From an uncultured Candidatus Peribacteria bacterium (GTDB lineage Bacteria > Patescibacteriota > Gracilibacteria > UBA1369 > UM-FILTER-53-11), in NCBI GenBank assembly GCA_964358095.1, contig CAYHNW010000001.1, forward strand, positions 71,108 through 135,107: a stretch of 64,000 bases of DNA, read 5' to 3'. The notes under the pieces were generated by a model that worked only from the letters and a program-made list of their open reading frames with translations, was not told where the DNA came from and ran no database searches. This document shows positions 35,259-43,953 of this stretch, piece by piece; positions within the stretch are counted from its first letter, which is position 1, and the number at the start of each line of letters is the position of its first letter. The position numbers were made by a program, and so were the translations under genes.

Positions 35259-36140
35259 ATGATCGGTATATTTGACTCGGGCTATGGCGGCCTTACAATA
35301 ATGCGCGAGATCGTCAAGACGTTGCCGCAGTATGATTATCTTTACCTCGGCGATAACGCGCGCGCTCCTTATGGAAACCACAGCAAGGAGACGGTGACGA
35401 AGTTTTCGGAAGAAGCCGTGAGATTTTTGTTTGATAAGGGATGCAATTTGATAATTTTTGCGTGTTTCACGGCGAGTTCGCTTGCACTGCGTGAATTGCA
35501 GGAAAAGTATTTGCGGAATCCCTGCCTGCCGGCAGGCGAGGCAAAATCTAAATTTAAAGACAGAAAAATTCTGGGGGTGATTCGGCCGATTGCGGAGCAG
35601 GCGGTGCGCGAGACTATGACCGGACGCATTGGCGTTACTGGCACGCGTGCGACGGTTAATTCGCACACTTTTGATGTGGAGCTGGAAAAAGAATGGAAAC
35701 TCGCGTCAGGGCATAAAAAAGGCATTAAACTGGATTTGACTAGCCAGGCTTGCCCGCTGCTCGTGCCGCTGATTGAGGAACACTGGCACACGAAGCCTGA
35801 GGCGCGCATGATTTTGAAAAAATATTTGAGGCCTGTGAAAAATCACAACGTGGATACGCTGATTTTGGGATGCACACATTATCCGCTGATGCTGCGGGAT
35901 TTCGTGTCGTTTATGGGTAGCCGCGTGAAGGTGCTGAATTCGGGAGAGATTGTGGCGCGCAGCCTTGCCGACTATTTAACTAGACATCCGGAAATTGAGA
36001 AAAAGTTGAGCCGTGGCGGCGCACGAAAATTCATGACCACCGATGATCCGGCGAAGTTTAAACAATTCGTGGAGGAGTTTGGCGGAATGAAGGCGGGAGA
36101 TGTGGAGGGGGCGGAGGTTGGAAAGATTACAAGCCGCTAG
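35259..36140 (+). CDS. murI: glutamate racemase
   Basis: MIGIFDSGYGGLT..., ACFTAS and LGCTHYP catalytic Cys motifs. The listed ORF start 35022 is a non-homologous extension over the hairpin element. Confidence 0.92.
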   Translation: MIGIFDSGYGGLTIMREIVKTLPQYDYLYLGDNARAPYGNHSKETVTKFSEEAVRFLFDKGCNLIIFACFTASSLALRELQEKYLRNPCLPAGEAKSKFKDRKILGVIRPIAEQAVRETMTGRIGVTGTRATVNSHTFDVELEKEWKLASGHKKGIKLDLTSQACPLLVPLIEEHWHTKPEARMILKKYLRPVKNHNVDTLILGCTHYPLMLRDFVSFMGSRVKVLNSGEIVARSLADYLTRHPEIEKKLSRGGARKFMTTDDPAKFKQFVEEFGGMKAGDVEGAEVGKITSR

Positions 36141-36283
36141 ATTACTTAATATTTTTTTATGGGAGCAGATATGGAAGGGGAGATATCCCAAGAAGTTGAA
36201 CTAAAACTCGGTACAATTGGCGAACTAAGGACTTTTTTAACGGAATACGTAGATATCGCCTGAGGGTGTGAGGGGACAAGAAC

Positions 36284-36318
36284 CTCACTCCCACTCAATC
36301 GTCCCTGGCGGTTTGTTT
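36284..36318. repeat. direct repeat DR1 (orphan copy of the guaA 3' end; att-like)
   Basis: 35/35 identity with 37636-37670. Confidence 0.9.
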
Positions 36319-36380
36319 TGTATTGCCGGGAATCCCGGTAGTTTGACATTTAATGCTAATTCCCGGTATACTTAACCTGT

Positions 36381-37340
36381 ATGAAGATACATATCCCAAA
36401 CAGCGTGTGGTTAGGGAATATAGACCCGTTCCTTAAAGGATTTAAACCAGCAAATCCTGATCAATTAAAAATAACATTCAATAAGAAATGGCTATCTATA
36501 CATCCAATGGTGCTGACGATGATTGCCGCTTTAGGCATAAAAACAAATCCCTCAAATATCGAGTGTGAAAAACTCGAAGCAAGATCTAAACATTACTTAG
36601 AGAGGATGAGATTATTTGATTTTCTGCATGTAACGTCGGGCATTACGATGAAAAAACATGAACTCGCGGGCAGATCTGTACCGTTGACTCAAATTAAAAA
36701 CTCGACGGAATTAACGGAATTCATCACAGAAGTAACGCCTTTACTTCACCTTGAGCCAAAACACGCTGAACCCATACGCTACATAATGAGCGAATTGATA
36801 AGAAATGTACTTGAGCACTCCATGTCAAAACACGGAGCTATTGTATCCGCCCAATACTACAAAAAAAGTAATACTATTCGCATTGGGATTGCTGACACAG
36901 GTATCGGCATATGGAAATCAATAAACCAATCTTACAACCCAAAGACTGATTTGGAGGCAATCCGTTTAGCATTAACTCCTGGCATTACCGGAACAACAAG
37001 GCAAGAAGGCGGGACGGATCGCAATGCGGGTGCAGGCTTGTTTTTCATAAAATCAATAGCTTCTGTAAATAGTGATTTTTTCGTTATCTATAGCGGAAAA
37101 GCAATGTATAAACTCTTAAAAAGAAAAGGTAAAAAAATAAAATTGCATGTTGACCCTTTTGAAGACAGACATTCTAAAAAAGGTGATCTGCCAAGCTGGG
37201 AAGGTACTGTTGTCGGTATCGATCTTTCATTGGATACTACACAAGAATTTTCCCTGCTCTTAAAACTGCTAAACGAAACTTTGAACGAAGCCATAAAAGA
37301 AAGGAAAAAAGCTCGTTATAAAAAACCGCAATTCACATGA
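36381..37340 (+). CDS. GHKL-superfamily (HATPase_c, RsbW/SpoIIAB-like) ATP-binding protein with an uncharacterised N-terminal domain of about 120 aa
   Basis: N-box SELIRNVLEHS, G1 IADTGIGI, G2 GAGLFF. No His-kinase H-box/DHp domain. TATACT -10 box lies 8 nt before the ATG. Confidence 0.7.
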   Translation: MKIHIPNSVWLGNIDPFLKGFKPANPDQLKITFNKKWLSIHPMVLTMIAALGIKTNPSNIECEKLEARSKHYLERMRLFDFLHVTSGITMKKHELAGRSVPLTQIKNSTELTEFITEVTPLLHLEPKHAEPIRYIMSELIRNVLEHSMSKHGAIVSAQYYKKSNTIRIGIADTGIGIWKSINQSYNPKTDLEAIRLALTPGITGTTRQEGGTDRNAGAGLFFIKSIASVNSDFFVIYSGKAMYKLLKRKGKKIKLHVDPFEDRHSKKGDLPSWEGTVVGIDLSLDTTQEFSLLLKLLNETLNEAIKERKKARYKKPQFT

Positions 37341-37627
37341 TTCACATAAAATTATTCAAACAGGTTGGCGTATTCGCTGAAAATAAAGACATTGCCGCAG
37401 ATATCAGATTAAACAAATTGCTTCCAGCCCTAGAGAAAAATCAAGATATCATATTGGACTTTGAAAAAATCGAAGGAGCCACTCAATCTTTTATACACGC
37501 CCTTATCAGCGATTTAATGAGAAAATACGGGAATGAAGTGTTAGATAAAATTCAATTTAAATCGTGCAACGCCACAGTGAAAGGAATCATTTCCATCGTA
37601 GTAGATTATATGCAAGAAAGTGATTAG
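37337..37627 (+). CDS. STAS-like (DUF4325-type) small protein, putative partner of the GHKL ATPase
   Basis: 96 aa. IILDFEKIEGATQSFIHALISDL matches the 'LDF..V....SF..ElF' signature as I recall it for DUF4325/STAS-like domains. ATGA 4-nt overlap with the upstream gene. Confidence 0.6.
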   Translation: MIHIKLFKQVGVFAENKDIAADIRLNKLLPALEKNQDIILDFEKIEGATQSFIHALISDLMRKYGNEVLDKIQFKSCNATVKGIISIVVDYMQESD

Positions 37628-37635
37628 GAACCCTG

Positions 37636-37670
37636 CTCACTCCCACTCAATCGTCCCTGGCGGTTTGTTT
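37636..37670. repeat. direct repeat DR2 (functional 3' end of guaA)
   Basis: Encodes ...NKPPGTIEWE-stop on the reverse strand. Confidence 0.9.
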
Positions 37671-39433
37671 GTGATGTCGTATAAAACGGCGCCGGATTTT
37701 TTGTGGAGTTTGGCGGTGAGTTTTTTGAGCAGCGTCGAATTCATTTTGTAAAAATGCGCGGTCATGGCTTCGTCGGAACAAATTGGGCGCAGAACCACGG
37801 ACTCCAGCGCGCTACCGTTCACCGACACGGGCAAAAGCACGCTTGGGAACTGCCAAACTTCGCGCTCGAGTTTATTTTGCGTGACGAATTTCATGGTGAT
37901 ATCGTCAAGTTCTTGCAGTTTTTTTATGCGAGCCGACGTGAGAGTTGATGGAATTGCACGGACATTTTCTATTTCTTTTGGCGAAAGGAGCAAGCACACG
38001 CGATTGATCGCCGCAAAACGATTCGTGAGCGCCGTTGAAATATTTTCCAAATGTTCAAAATCATAATTTTTGCCCCAAATCACAAGCGGATTGCGATACG
38101 TGCGGCAGTCGCCCTGCACGCCAACGCTCTGAATTGGCAAAATGCGGCCAAAAAGTCCGTGCGGCGCAAGGTGCTTGGAAATGGCTTCGGAAACGTCTGA
38201 ATACTCCGCCGGAAGACTCTCTTTTTTGGTGCACAAGATGCGAACCGCGAGACCCGGACCCGGGAACGGATGCTTCCACACGACTTCGTCCGGCAAACCC
38301 AAATCTGCACCGACTTCGCGAACTTCGTCTTTATAAAGCTCGGCAAGCGGCTCAACGATGCGGCCTTTCTTCATCAGCTCCAATATCTCCGGCACGCGAT
38401 TGTGATGAGTTTTAATTTTATCCGAATGCTTTGTGCCAGCGCTTTCAATCGTGTCAGGATAAATCGTACCTTGGCCAAGTACCCAGTCCGCTGGATTTAG
38501 TTTTAGTTTGCGCGTTTCTTCGGCTTGAATCCGCAAAAACATGTCGCCGATTATGTGGCGTTTTTCTTCCGGGTTCGTGATGCCCTTGAGTGCTTTTATA
38601 AATTTATCCGCGGCGCACACCATGTGAAAATTCTTAATGCCAACTTGAGCAAAAGTTTTACAAATTTTTCCTGCTTCATTTTTGCGCAAAAAGCCAGTGT
38701 CCACAAAAAGTCCGTACACGCGTTCCGTGCCAAGCGCCTTCGTTAAAAGCGCATAGGCAACGGTAGAATCCACTCCTCCACTAACCAGCAAAAACACTTT
38801 TCTATCACCAAGCATTTTCTTGACCTCCTTCATTTTTCCCTCCAAAAACATCTTCATATTCCAACTGCGTTTTGCCTTACAAATATTTATGAAATTATCG
38901 AGCATTTTTAGGCCTTCCGTGGTGTGCGCAACTTCAACATGGAATTGCGTGGAAAAAATCTTTTTTGAAGAGTAGGCGAGTGCCGCAAATTCACAATCCT
39001 CGGTTTTTCCAATACTTATAAAGCCCGGTGGTGGCTTTGTAACCGTGTCACCGTGTGACATCCAAACTTGACTGTGATCTTTTATTCCTTCAAAAATTCC
39101 TATTTTTTTCAGGACGTTCAAGCGCGCCAAGCCATATTCTTTAGTATTCCCTGACTCAACTTTCCCGCCAAGCAAATGCGCAATTATGTGATGCCCATAA
39201 CAGAGTCCGAGTACCGGGACTTCAAGCTCAAAAACTTTTTTATCAATCGTCGGCGCGCCGGATTCATAAACCGACTGCGGCCCGCCGGACAAAATAATTC
39301 CCTTAAATTTGCGAAAATCCGAAAGAGGTGACTCGGGCAGCAAAATTTCTGAATAAACGCCAAGCCTGCGGAGACGATTTGCGATGAGGTGCGCGTATTG
39401 ACTTCCGAAATCTATAACAGCAATGGCATCCAT
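37637..39433 (-). CDS. guaA: glutamine-hydrolysing GMP synthase
   Basis: GATase N-terminus (IAVIDFGSQY, LGLCYGHH), PP-loop LVSGGVDS, and C-terminal dimerisation domain ending TIEWE. ATG at 39433 is preferred; the 34-codon upstream extension has no homology. Confidence 0.93.
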   Translation of the reverse strand: MDAIAVIDFGSQYAHLIANRLRRLGVYSEILLPESPLSDFRKFKGIILSGGPQSVYESGAPTIDKKVFELEVPVLGLCYGHHIIAHLLGGKVESGNTKEYGLARLNVLKKIGIFEGIKDHSQVWMSHGDTVTKPPPGFISIGKTEDCEFAALAYSSKKIFSTQFHVEVAHTTEGLKMLDNFINICKAKRSWNMKMFLEGKMKEVKKMLGDRKVFLLVSGGVDSTVAYALLTKALGTERVYGLFVDTGFLRKNEAGKICKTFAQVGIKNFHMVCAADKFIKALKGITNPEEKRHIIGDMFLRIQAEETRKLKLNPADWVLGQGTIYPDTIESAGTKHSDKIKTHHNRVPEILELMKKGRIVEPLAELYKDEVREVGADLGLPDEVVWKHPFPGPGLAVRILCTKKESLPAEYSDVSEAISKHLAPHGLFGRILPIQSVGVQGDCRTYRNPLVIWGKNYDFEHLENISTALTNRFAAINRVCLLLSPKEIENVRAIPSTLTSARIKKLQELDDITMKFVTQNKLEREVWQFPSVLLPVSVNGSALESVVLRPICSDEAMTAHFYKMNSTLLKKLTAKLHKKSGAVLYDITNKPPGTIEWE

Positions 39434-39448
39434 GAGCCAAGTATAGCA

Positions 39449-39478
39449 GGGGATGGGGTATATGGGATAGGGGATGGG
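39449..39478 (+). other. G-run cluster (GGGG-at-GGGG-tatat-GGG-ata-GGGG-at-GGG), potential G-quadruplex / C-rich guaA leader
   Basis: Read directly in the guaA-mscS divergent intergenic region. Confidence 0.3.
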
Positions 39479-39545
39479 AAAGCGAATAACACAACCAACC
39501 TTACGGTACGTCAATGGTTGGTGCGTGCTAGGCACACGTTTTTGT

Positions 39546-39553
39546 GGTAGAAT
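39546..39553 (+). promoter_or_regulatory. extended -10 (TGGTAGAAT) 11 nt upstream of the mscS ATG (leaderless-type)
   Basis: Read directly. Confidence 0.4.
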
Positions 39554-39564
39554 AGCAAGATTTT

Positions 39565-40617
39565 ATGGATACAAGACTCCTCGCGTTCGAAATTTTTAAA
39601 ACGAAAACCAACCTGGCAAGTGGGATTGCGGAGCGAACGTCAGAAATTGACTATGCCGGCATTGCTGTCAATATTTTTCTAAAATTCATGGACGTGCTTG
39701 AGGGCGCGATCGTGATCGTCGCCGGTATTTTTGCGGTAAAACTTTTGAAAAGTTATTTTCAAAGAATTGAAACAACCCACGAAAGGCAGCGCACGGTTCT
39801 AAATCTTCTTGAAAAAATTACGAGCGGATTTTTGATTGCGGTTGCCATTACCTTGGGACTAAAAGTTATTGGCCTGGATTTGACACTACTAATCAGCGTG
39901 CTGACTTTGGGTTTGAGTTTTGGCCTGCGCGATGTGATTAAAAATTACGTGGCGGGTTTGCTGATTTTATTTAAATCTCCATTTGAAATAGGGGACATAG
40001 TAAAAATCAGAAGTTTTACCGGACGTATAGAAAAAATTGAATTTCAGTCTGTGACATTGCGCACTTTTGACCAAAAAGAAGTCACAATTCACAACAGCGA
40101 CCTGCTTACTCAGCCGCTTACGAATTTCTCGCGCAGTCAGCAAATGAGGCTTGAGATGAGCATGATGATGGGATATGGCAGCGATTTGCAGCGGGCTGTG
40201 AAAATTTTTGACAGGATTTTGCAAAATAATTCGTTGGTGTTAAAGACACCGAAATATTCAATTGTTTTTAAAGAATTTACGAGAGATGCGATGTCGGTTT
40301 TGATACGTTTTTGGGTGCAGCGTCCGTGCAATCCGCTAAAAATTCGCTCGGAATTGGCGATGCAAATACAAGAAGCTTTTGATGATGAAAAGATTTACGC
40401 ACCATATGCGCGCGAAGCGGGGCTTGCCGCAGATTTTGCCATGACCGAAGCGCGCAAGGAACGATTAAAAACTTTTTATGGACAATTTGCGGATATTGCG
40501 ACGCAGACAATAGAGCAGGTTGCAGCTGCAGCGCCAGCGGCTATTGGGTCGGACGGGCAACCGATTCCCACGGCTGCGCCGGTTGAGGAATATGCGGATG
40601 CGGAGGAGCCGGAGTAA
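39565..40617 (+). CDS. MscS-family mechanosensitive ion channel
   Basis: TM3/beta-domain signature GLRDVIKNYVAGLLILFKSPFEIGDIVKI....G.IEKIEFQSVTLRTFD.KEVTIHNS. Confidence 0.88.
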   Translation: MDTRLLAFEIFKTKTNLASGIAERTSEIDYAGIAVNIFLKFMDVLEGAIVIVAGIFAVKLLKSYFQRIETTHERQRTVLNLLEKITSGFLIAVAITLGLKVIGLDLTLLISVLTLGLSFGLRDVIKNYVAGLLILFKSPFEIGDIVKIRSFTGRIEKIEFQSVTLRTFDQKEVTIHNSDLLTQPLTNFSRSQQMRLEMSMMMGYGSDLQRAVKIFDRILQNNSLVLKTPKYSIVFKEFTRDAMSVLIRFWVQRPCNPLKIRSELAMQIQEAFDDEKIYAPYAREAGLAADFAMTEARKERLKTFYGQFADIATQTIEQVAAAAPAAIGSDGQPIPTAAPVEEYADAEEPE

Positions 40618-40789
40618 AGGTTCTATTTTTTACCCTTCTCCTTTTCTTCAGCATGGATCTTCAATATCACCGTTTGGTCGCGCGCCTCGTAATGAGATTT
40701 CTTGATTCACACAAAAAGGCCTAATCTTGCCGAGATTGTACCTACCTGTCAACCTGACTACGGGGCAAATCTGTTGGTTTATACCTAGT

Positions 40790-42391
40790 TTATGCCGCCG
40801 AAAACCTCTCGATCACAAACTCCCTTGGCAGCGCCTCCAGGAACCAGCCGGCTTGCGGGCCGGAAGTTTTTCCCAGGAGGGCGGTGTAAATTGCGCCAAA
40901 AGCTTGTTTTGCCTCTAGCGTGGAATTTTTCTTGAGTTCATGAATTGCGGCGTGAAGTTCCTCGCCCTGCCAGTCTTTTTGATTTAAAAGCGCGGCGACA
41001 TCGGCCAAAAATTTCTTTTGTTCGGGCGTTAGGGTTTTCATTAGTTCCGGCGCTTCTTTTTGAACTTCAAATTTGTCATTTTCGCCGGCGAAGTCGCAGA
41101 TCCAGCGTTTGGCGTAAGCCGCGCGGCGGTTTGCTTCCTGCTTTTCTTCTGCCGTCAGCGACGAGCCCTTCAACTTCTCAATTTCTTTCAAAAAATCCAG
41201 CTGCGGCATTTGGATTAAAAATGCGACACGGGAAAAACGCGGGCGGAAAAAATCTTTTTCTGTGCCGGGTTTTAGCTGCGCGAAGTGAAAAGCCTTTTTT
41301 ACGTCTTCGGGAACATCTGATTCTTTGCGGCCAAAAGTCACGTCCGCACCTTCATCAAAAAAATCGTAAAGCCTTGGCATCGTGCCGCCGCTTGGATCAA
41401 AATCAATGTGTCGTTCCGGACGGTTTCTAACCATCAAAAAGCGCAGCAGCTCTTCCGGCAAAAGCTCGGAAACTTCTTGCGCACTCGCCCCGCGAGCTTT
41501 GCTCGAACTCATTTTTACCCCTCCGATCGTAAAAAATTCATATGGAACATTCACAGGCACGTAGCCTTTGAAAATTTTGCGGGCGATTGTTTCTGCAACT
41601 TCGCGACTGCCGCCGGCAACCGAATGATCTTTGCCCGCGCCCTCAACGTGCACCGGCCAAATTTGCCATTTTGCAGCCCACTCAACTTTCCACGGCAATT
41701 TGCCGCGACCGCGGTATGGAGCCACTTTCCCGCGATGTCCGCAACCCGTGGCCCATTTTACTTTTGCCGGTTCGCAAACATATTCCACGATTTTTGCGCC
41801 GCGCGGCCCCTCCGAACCAACCACTGTCGTAGTCCCAACTTTTCCGCATTTCTCACAAATAATTTGCACAGGATTCCATTCTTCGCGTTTCTCCGAACCC
41901 GAAACTTCTTTATAAATCGCGCGAATTTCATCCGAATTCTCAAGCACAATATCAATCAGATCATCATATTTTCCCTCTTTATAAAGCGTGCTGTTTAAAT
42001 AAATTTCCGGTTCAAAGCCAAGCCGGCGAATCACATTCACAAATTCATCTCCATAAAAACGCGCGTAATTTTTTTCCGGAGTAGGCGGGGTATCCGGCGA
42101 CTCCGGCGACGGCACATCGCAGAGCGGTTTGCCCATATGCTGCAAAAACTTGTCGCGCGGAAGATAAACCGGCAGGCCGTCCATTGGATCCGAGTCATTT
42201 ATTTCATAATAATATTTGACATCATAACCGGCTCCCTTTAGTGCCAGCGCAACAACGCCATGAATCACAACTCCACGCAAAGAACCAACGTGCACTCTGC
42301 CCGATGCCGTTTTTTCATCACGGACAACAATCTTTTTCTGACCCGGAAAAGCTTTCGCAACCGCAGCGGTAACTTCGTCTGCCCAAAACAT
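40790..42391 (-). CDS. lysK: class-I (archaeal-type) lysyl-tRNA synthetase
   Basis: FWAD......ASGRVHVGSLRG (HIGH-like) and VKMSSSKARG (KMSKS-like). Length 533 aa. Confidence 0.88.
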   Translation of the reverse strand: MFWADEVTAAVAKAFPGQKKIVVRDEKTASGRVHVGSLRGVVIHGVVALALKGAGYDVKYYYEINDSDPMDGLPVYLPRDKFLQHMGKPLCDVPSPESPDTPPTPEKNYARFYGDEFVNVIRRLGFEPEIYLNSTLYKEGKYDDLIDIVLENSDEIRAIYKEVSGSEKREEWNPVQIICEKCGKVGTTTVVGSEGPRGAKIVEYVCEPAKVKWATGCGHRGKVAPYRGRGKLPWKVEWAAKWQIWPVHVEGAGKDHSVAGGSREVAETIARKIFKGYVPVNVPYEFFTIGGVKMSSSKARGASAQEVSELLPEELLRFLMVRNRPERHIDFDPSGGTMPRLYDFFDEGADVTFGRKESDVPEDVKKAFHFAQLKPGTEKDFFRPRFSRVAFLIQMPQLDFLKEIEKLKGSSLTAEEKQEANRRAAYAKRWICDFAGENDKFEVQKEAPELMKTLTPEQKKFLADVAALLNQKDWQGEELHAAIHELKKNSTLEAKQAFGAIYTALLGKTSGPQAGWFLEALPREFVIERFSAA

Positions 42392-42402
42392 ATAAGAGCA
42401 TA

Positions 42403-43758
42403 CTACGCCGCAATTCTTTGCCTTTCAATATCCAGAAACCTCATTTTTTCGCGTTCAAACATTAGCTCTATGTGGCCGGTTGGACCGTTTCTGTGTTTTC
42501 GGATGTAAATGTCCGTAACTCCCTTGCGGTCACTGTCTTCTTCGTAATAATCTTCGCGGTACATCATCAAAACTATATCGGCATCTTGTTCAATCGAACC
42601 GCTTTCACGCAAGTCGGCAAGTTGAGGGATTTTACTTGGACGGCTTTCCACCGCACGCGAAAGCTGAGAAAGCGCAATGACTGGAATGTGTAATTCGCGA
42701 GCCAGATTTTTTAGGGCGCGTGTGATTTCGGAAATCTCCTGCACGCGATTCATTTGATACGAAGATTTGATTCCGGCGCTCATCATCTGCAAATAATCCA
42801 CAATTAACAAATCCAAACCGTGTTCGGCTTTGAGCCGACGTGCTTTTGTGCGCAATTCCACAATCCCATTCACAGAAGAATCATCTATAAAAATTTTCGT
42901 TTGGTTGAGATCGTCCATTACAGCGCCAATTTTTGAGAAATCTTCGTCGGACAATTTGCCTGTGCGCATTTTCCAGCTATCTACGCCAAGCAGCGCGCAA
43001 AACATACGCTCAACCAGCTGCTCTTTGGACATTTCCAATGAAATTATGCCAACTGACCGGCCTCGACGAGCAATATTTTGGGCAATATTCATGGCAAAAG
43101 CCGTTTTTCCCATTGCGGGACGGGCGGCAATAATCACCAAATCGGTTGAATGCAGACCCGCCAAAATATTATCGAGTGAGCGAAAACCACTTGGCAGACC
43201 GATGAATTTGTCCTTCATCTCAGGATCGTGAAGATCTGAAATCTTTTCGTAGGTTTTATTGAGAACATCCTTTATGTGAATAAAACGATCTTTGACGAAA
43301 GCTTGAGAAACCGAAAATAGCGTTTTTTCCGCTTCTTCCAAAAGTGCGTCCAATTCGGTCACTTCATCATAACCGAGCCCAATAATCTTATCGCCGGAAG
43401 CAATAAGCCTGCGCAGCGTGGACTTGTGCTTAACAATGAGCGCGTATTGCAAAATGTGAGTAGCGGTCGGGACTTCCAGCGTGAGTTCTGCCAAATATGA
43501 TACGCCACCTATCGTGTCCAATTTGCCGTGATCCTCCAAATAATTTGCCAAAATCTTCAAATCAACCGGCATACGGCGACCAAAAAGATCGAGCATGCCT
43601 TGGTAAATAATATTATTTTGGTCAAAGTAAAAATCTTCAGGCTTCAAAAAGTCCGCGACCTTTATGATAGCGTCTTTATCTAACAAAATTGAACCGAGGG
43701 TTACTTTCTCGGCCTCAAGTGATTGTGGCGGAACTTTGGTGAGTGGCGTGGTCTGCAT
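42403..43758 (-). CDS. dnaB: replicative DNA helicase DnaB
   Basis: PPQSLEAE..LGSIL, Walker A ARPAMGKT, IVDYLQ and LSQLSR motifs. Confidence 0.95.
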   Translation of the reverse strand: MQTTPLTKVPPQSLEAEKVTLGSILLDKDAIIKVADFLKPEDFYFDQNNIIYQGMLDLFGRRMPVDLKILANYLEDHGKLDTIGGVSYLAELTLEVPTATHILQYALIVKHKSTLRRLIASGDKIIGLGYDEVTELDALLEEAEKTLFSVSQAFVKDRFIHIKDVLNKTYEKISDLHDPEMKDKFIGLPSGFRSLDNILAGLHSTDLVIIAARPAMGKTAFAMNIAQNIARRGRSVGIISLEMSKEQLVERMFCALLGVDSWKMRTGKLSDEDFSKIGAVMDDLNQTKIFIDDSSVNGIVELRTKARRLKAEHGLDLLIVDYLQMMSAGIKSSYQMNRVQEISEITRALKNLARELHIPVIALSQLSRAVESRPSKIPQLADLRESGSIEQDADIVLMMYREDYYEEDSDRKGVTDIYIRKHRNGPTGHIELMFEREKMRFLDIERQRIAA

Positions 43759-43801
43759 ATGTTGGATTCTTTATGTAGCGCCTCGCTGAGGCTCGGCGTG
43801 G

Positions 43802-43834
43802 TGTAATGAATTTTTAATGAATTTGTAATGAATT
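43802..43834. repeat. three tandem 11-bp repeats (G/T)TAATGAATTT in the dnaB-yraN divergent intergenic region
   Basis: gtaatgaattt ttaatgaattt gtaatgaattt, read directly. The period is about one helical turn. Confidence 0.7.
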
Positions 43835-43953
43835 TCAAATTAACCAGCTTGAAGAGTTTGTGGATTGATGTACGGTGCGTGTGAAAAGTGTGTAAAAAGT
43901 GTATAAAGCCAAAGCTGTGCCACAGTTCCTTACTACTATGCTAGAATCCATCT

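Larger units (their letters stand above)
36284..37670. mobile_element. 1.3-kb integrated islet at the 3' end of guaA, bounded by 35-bp direct repeats, no recombinase gene
   Basis: ctcactcccactcaatcgtccctggcggtttgttt occurs at 36284-36318 and at 37636-37670. The second copy is the last 11 codons plus stop of guaA. The interior is visibly more A+T-rich than murI and guaA. Confidence 0.7.

Noticed and set aside
39434-39535. 34-codon N-terminal extension of guaA
   Set aside because: The Pro/Tyr/Ile-rich extension comes from reading the complement of the G-run cluster. GATase homology begins at MDAIAVIDFGSQY.
41408-41998. 196-aa ORF antisense to lysK, plus similar shadow ORFs 7430-8017, 40945-41430 and 42830-43231
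   Set aside because: They are nested antisense to strongly supported housekeeping genes, and their products have no motifs.
43864-43872. DnaA box / oriC call next to dnaB
   Set aside because: There is only a single 7/9 match (TGTGGATTG). There is no cluster of boxes, no AT-rich unwinding element, and no dnaA or dnaN nearby.
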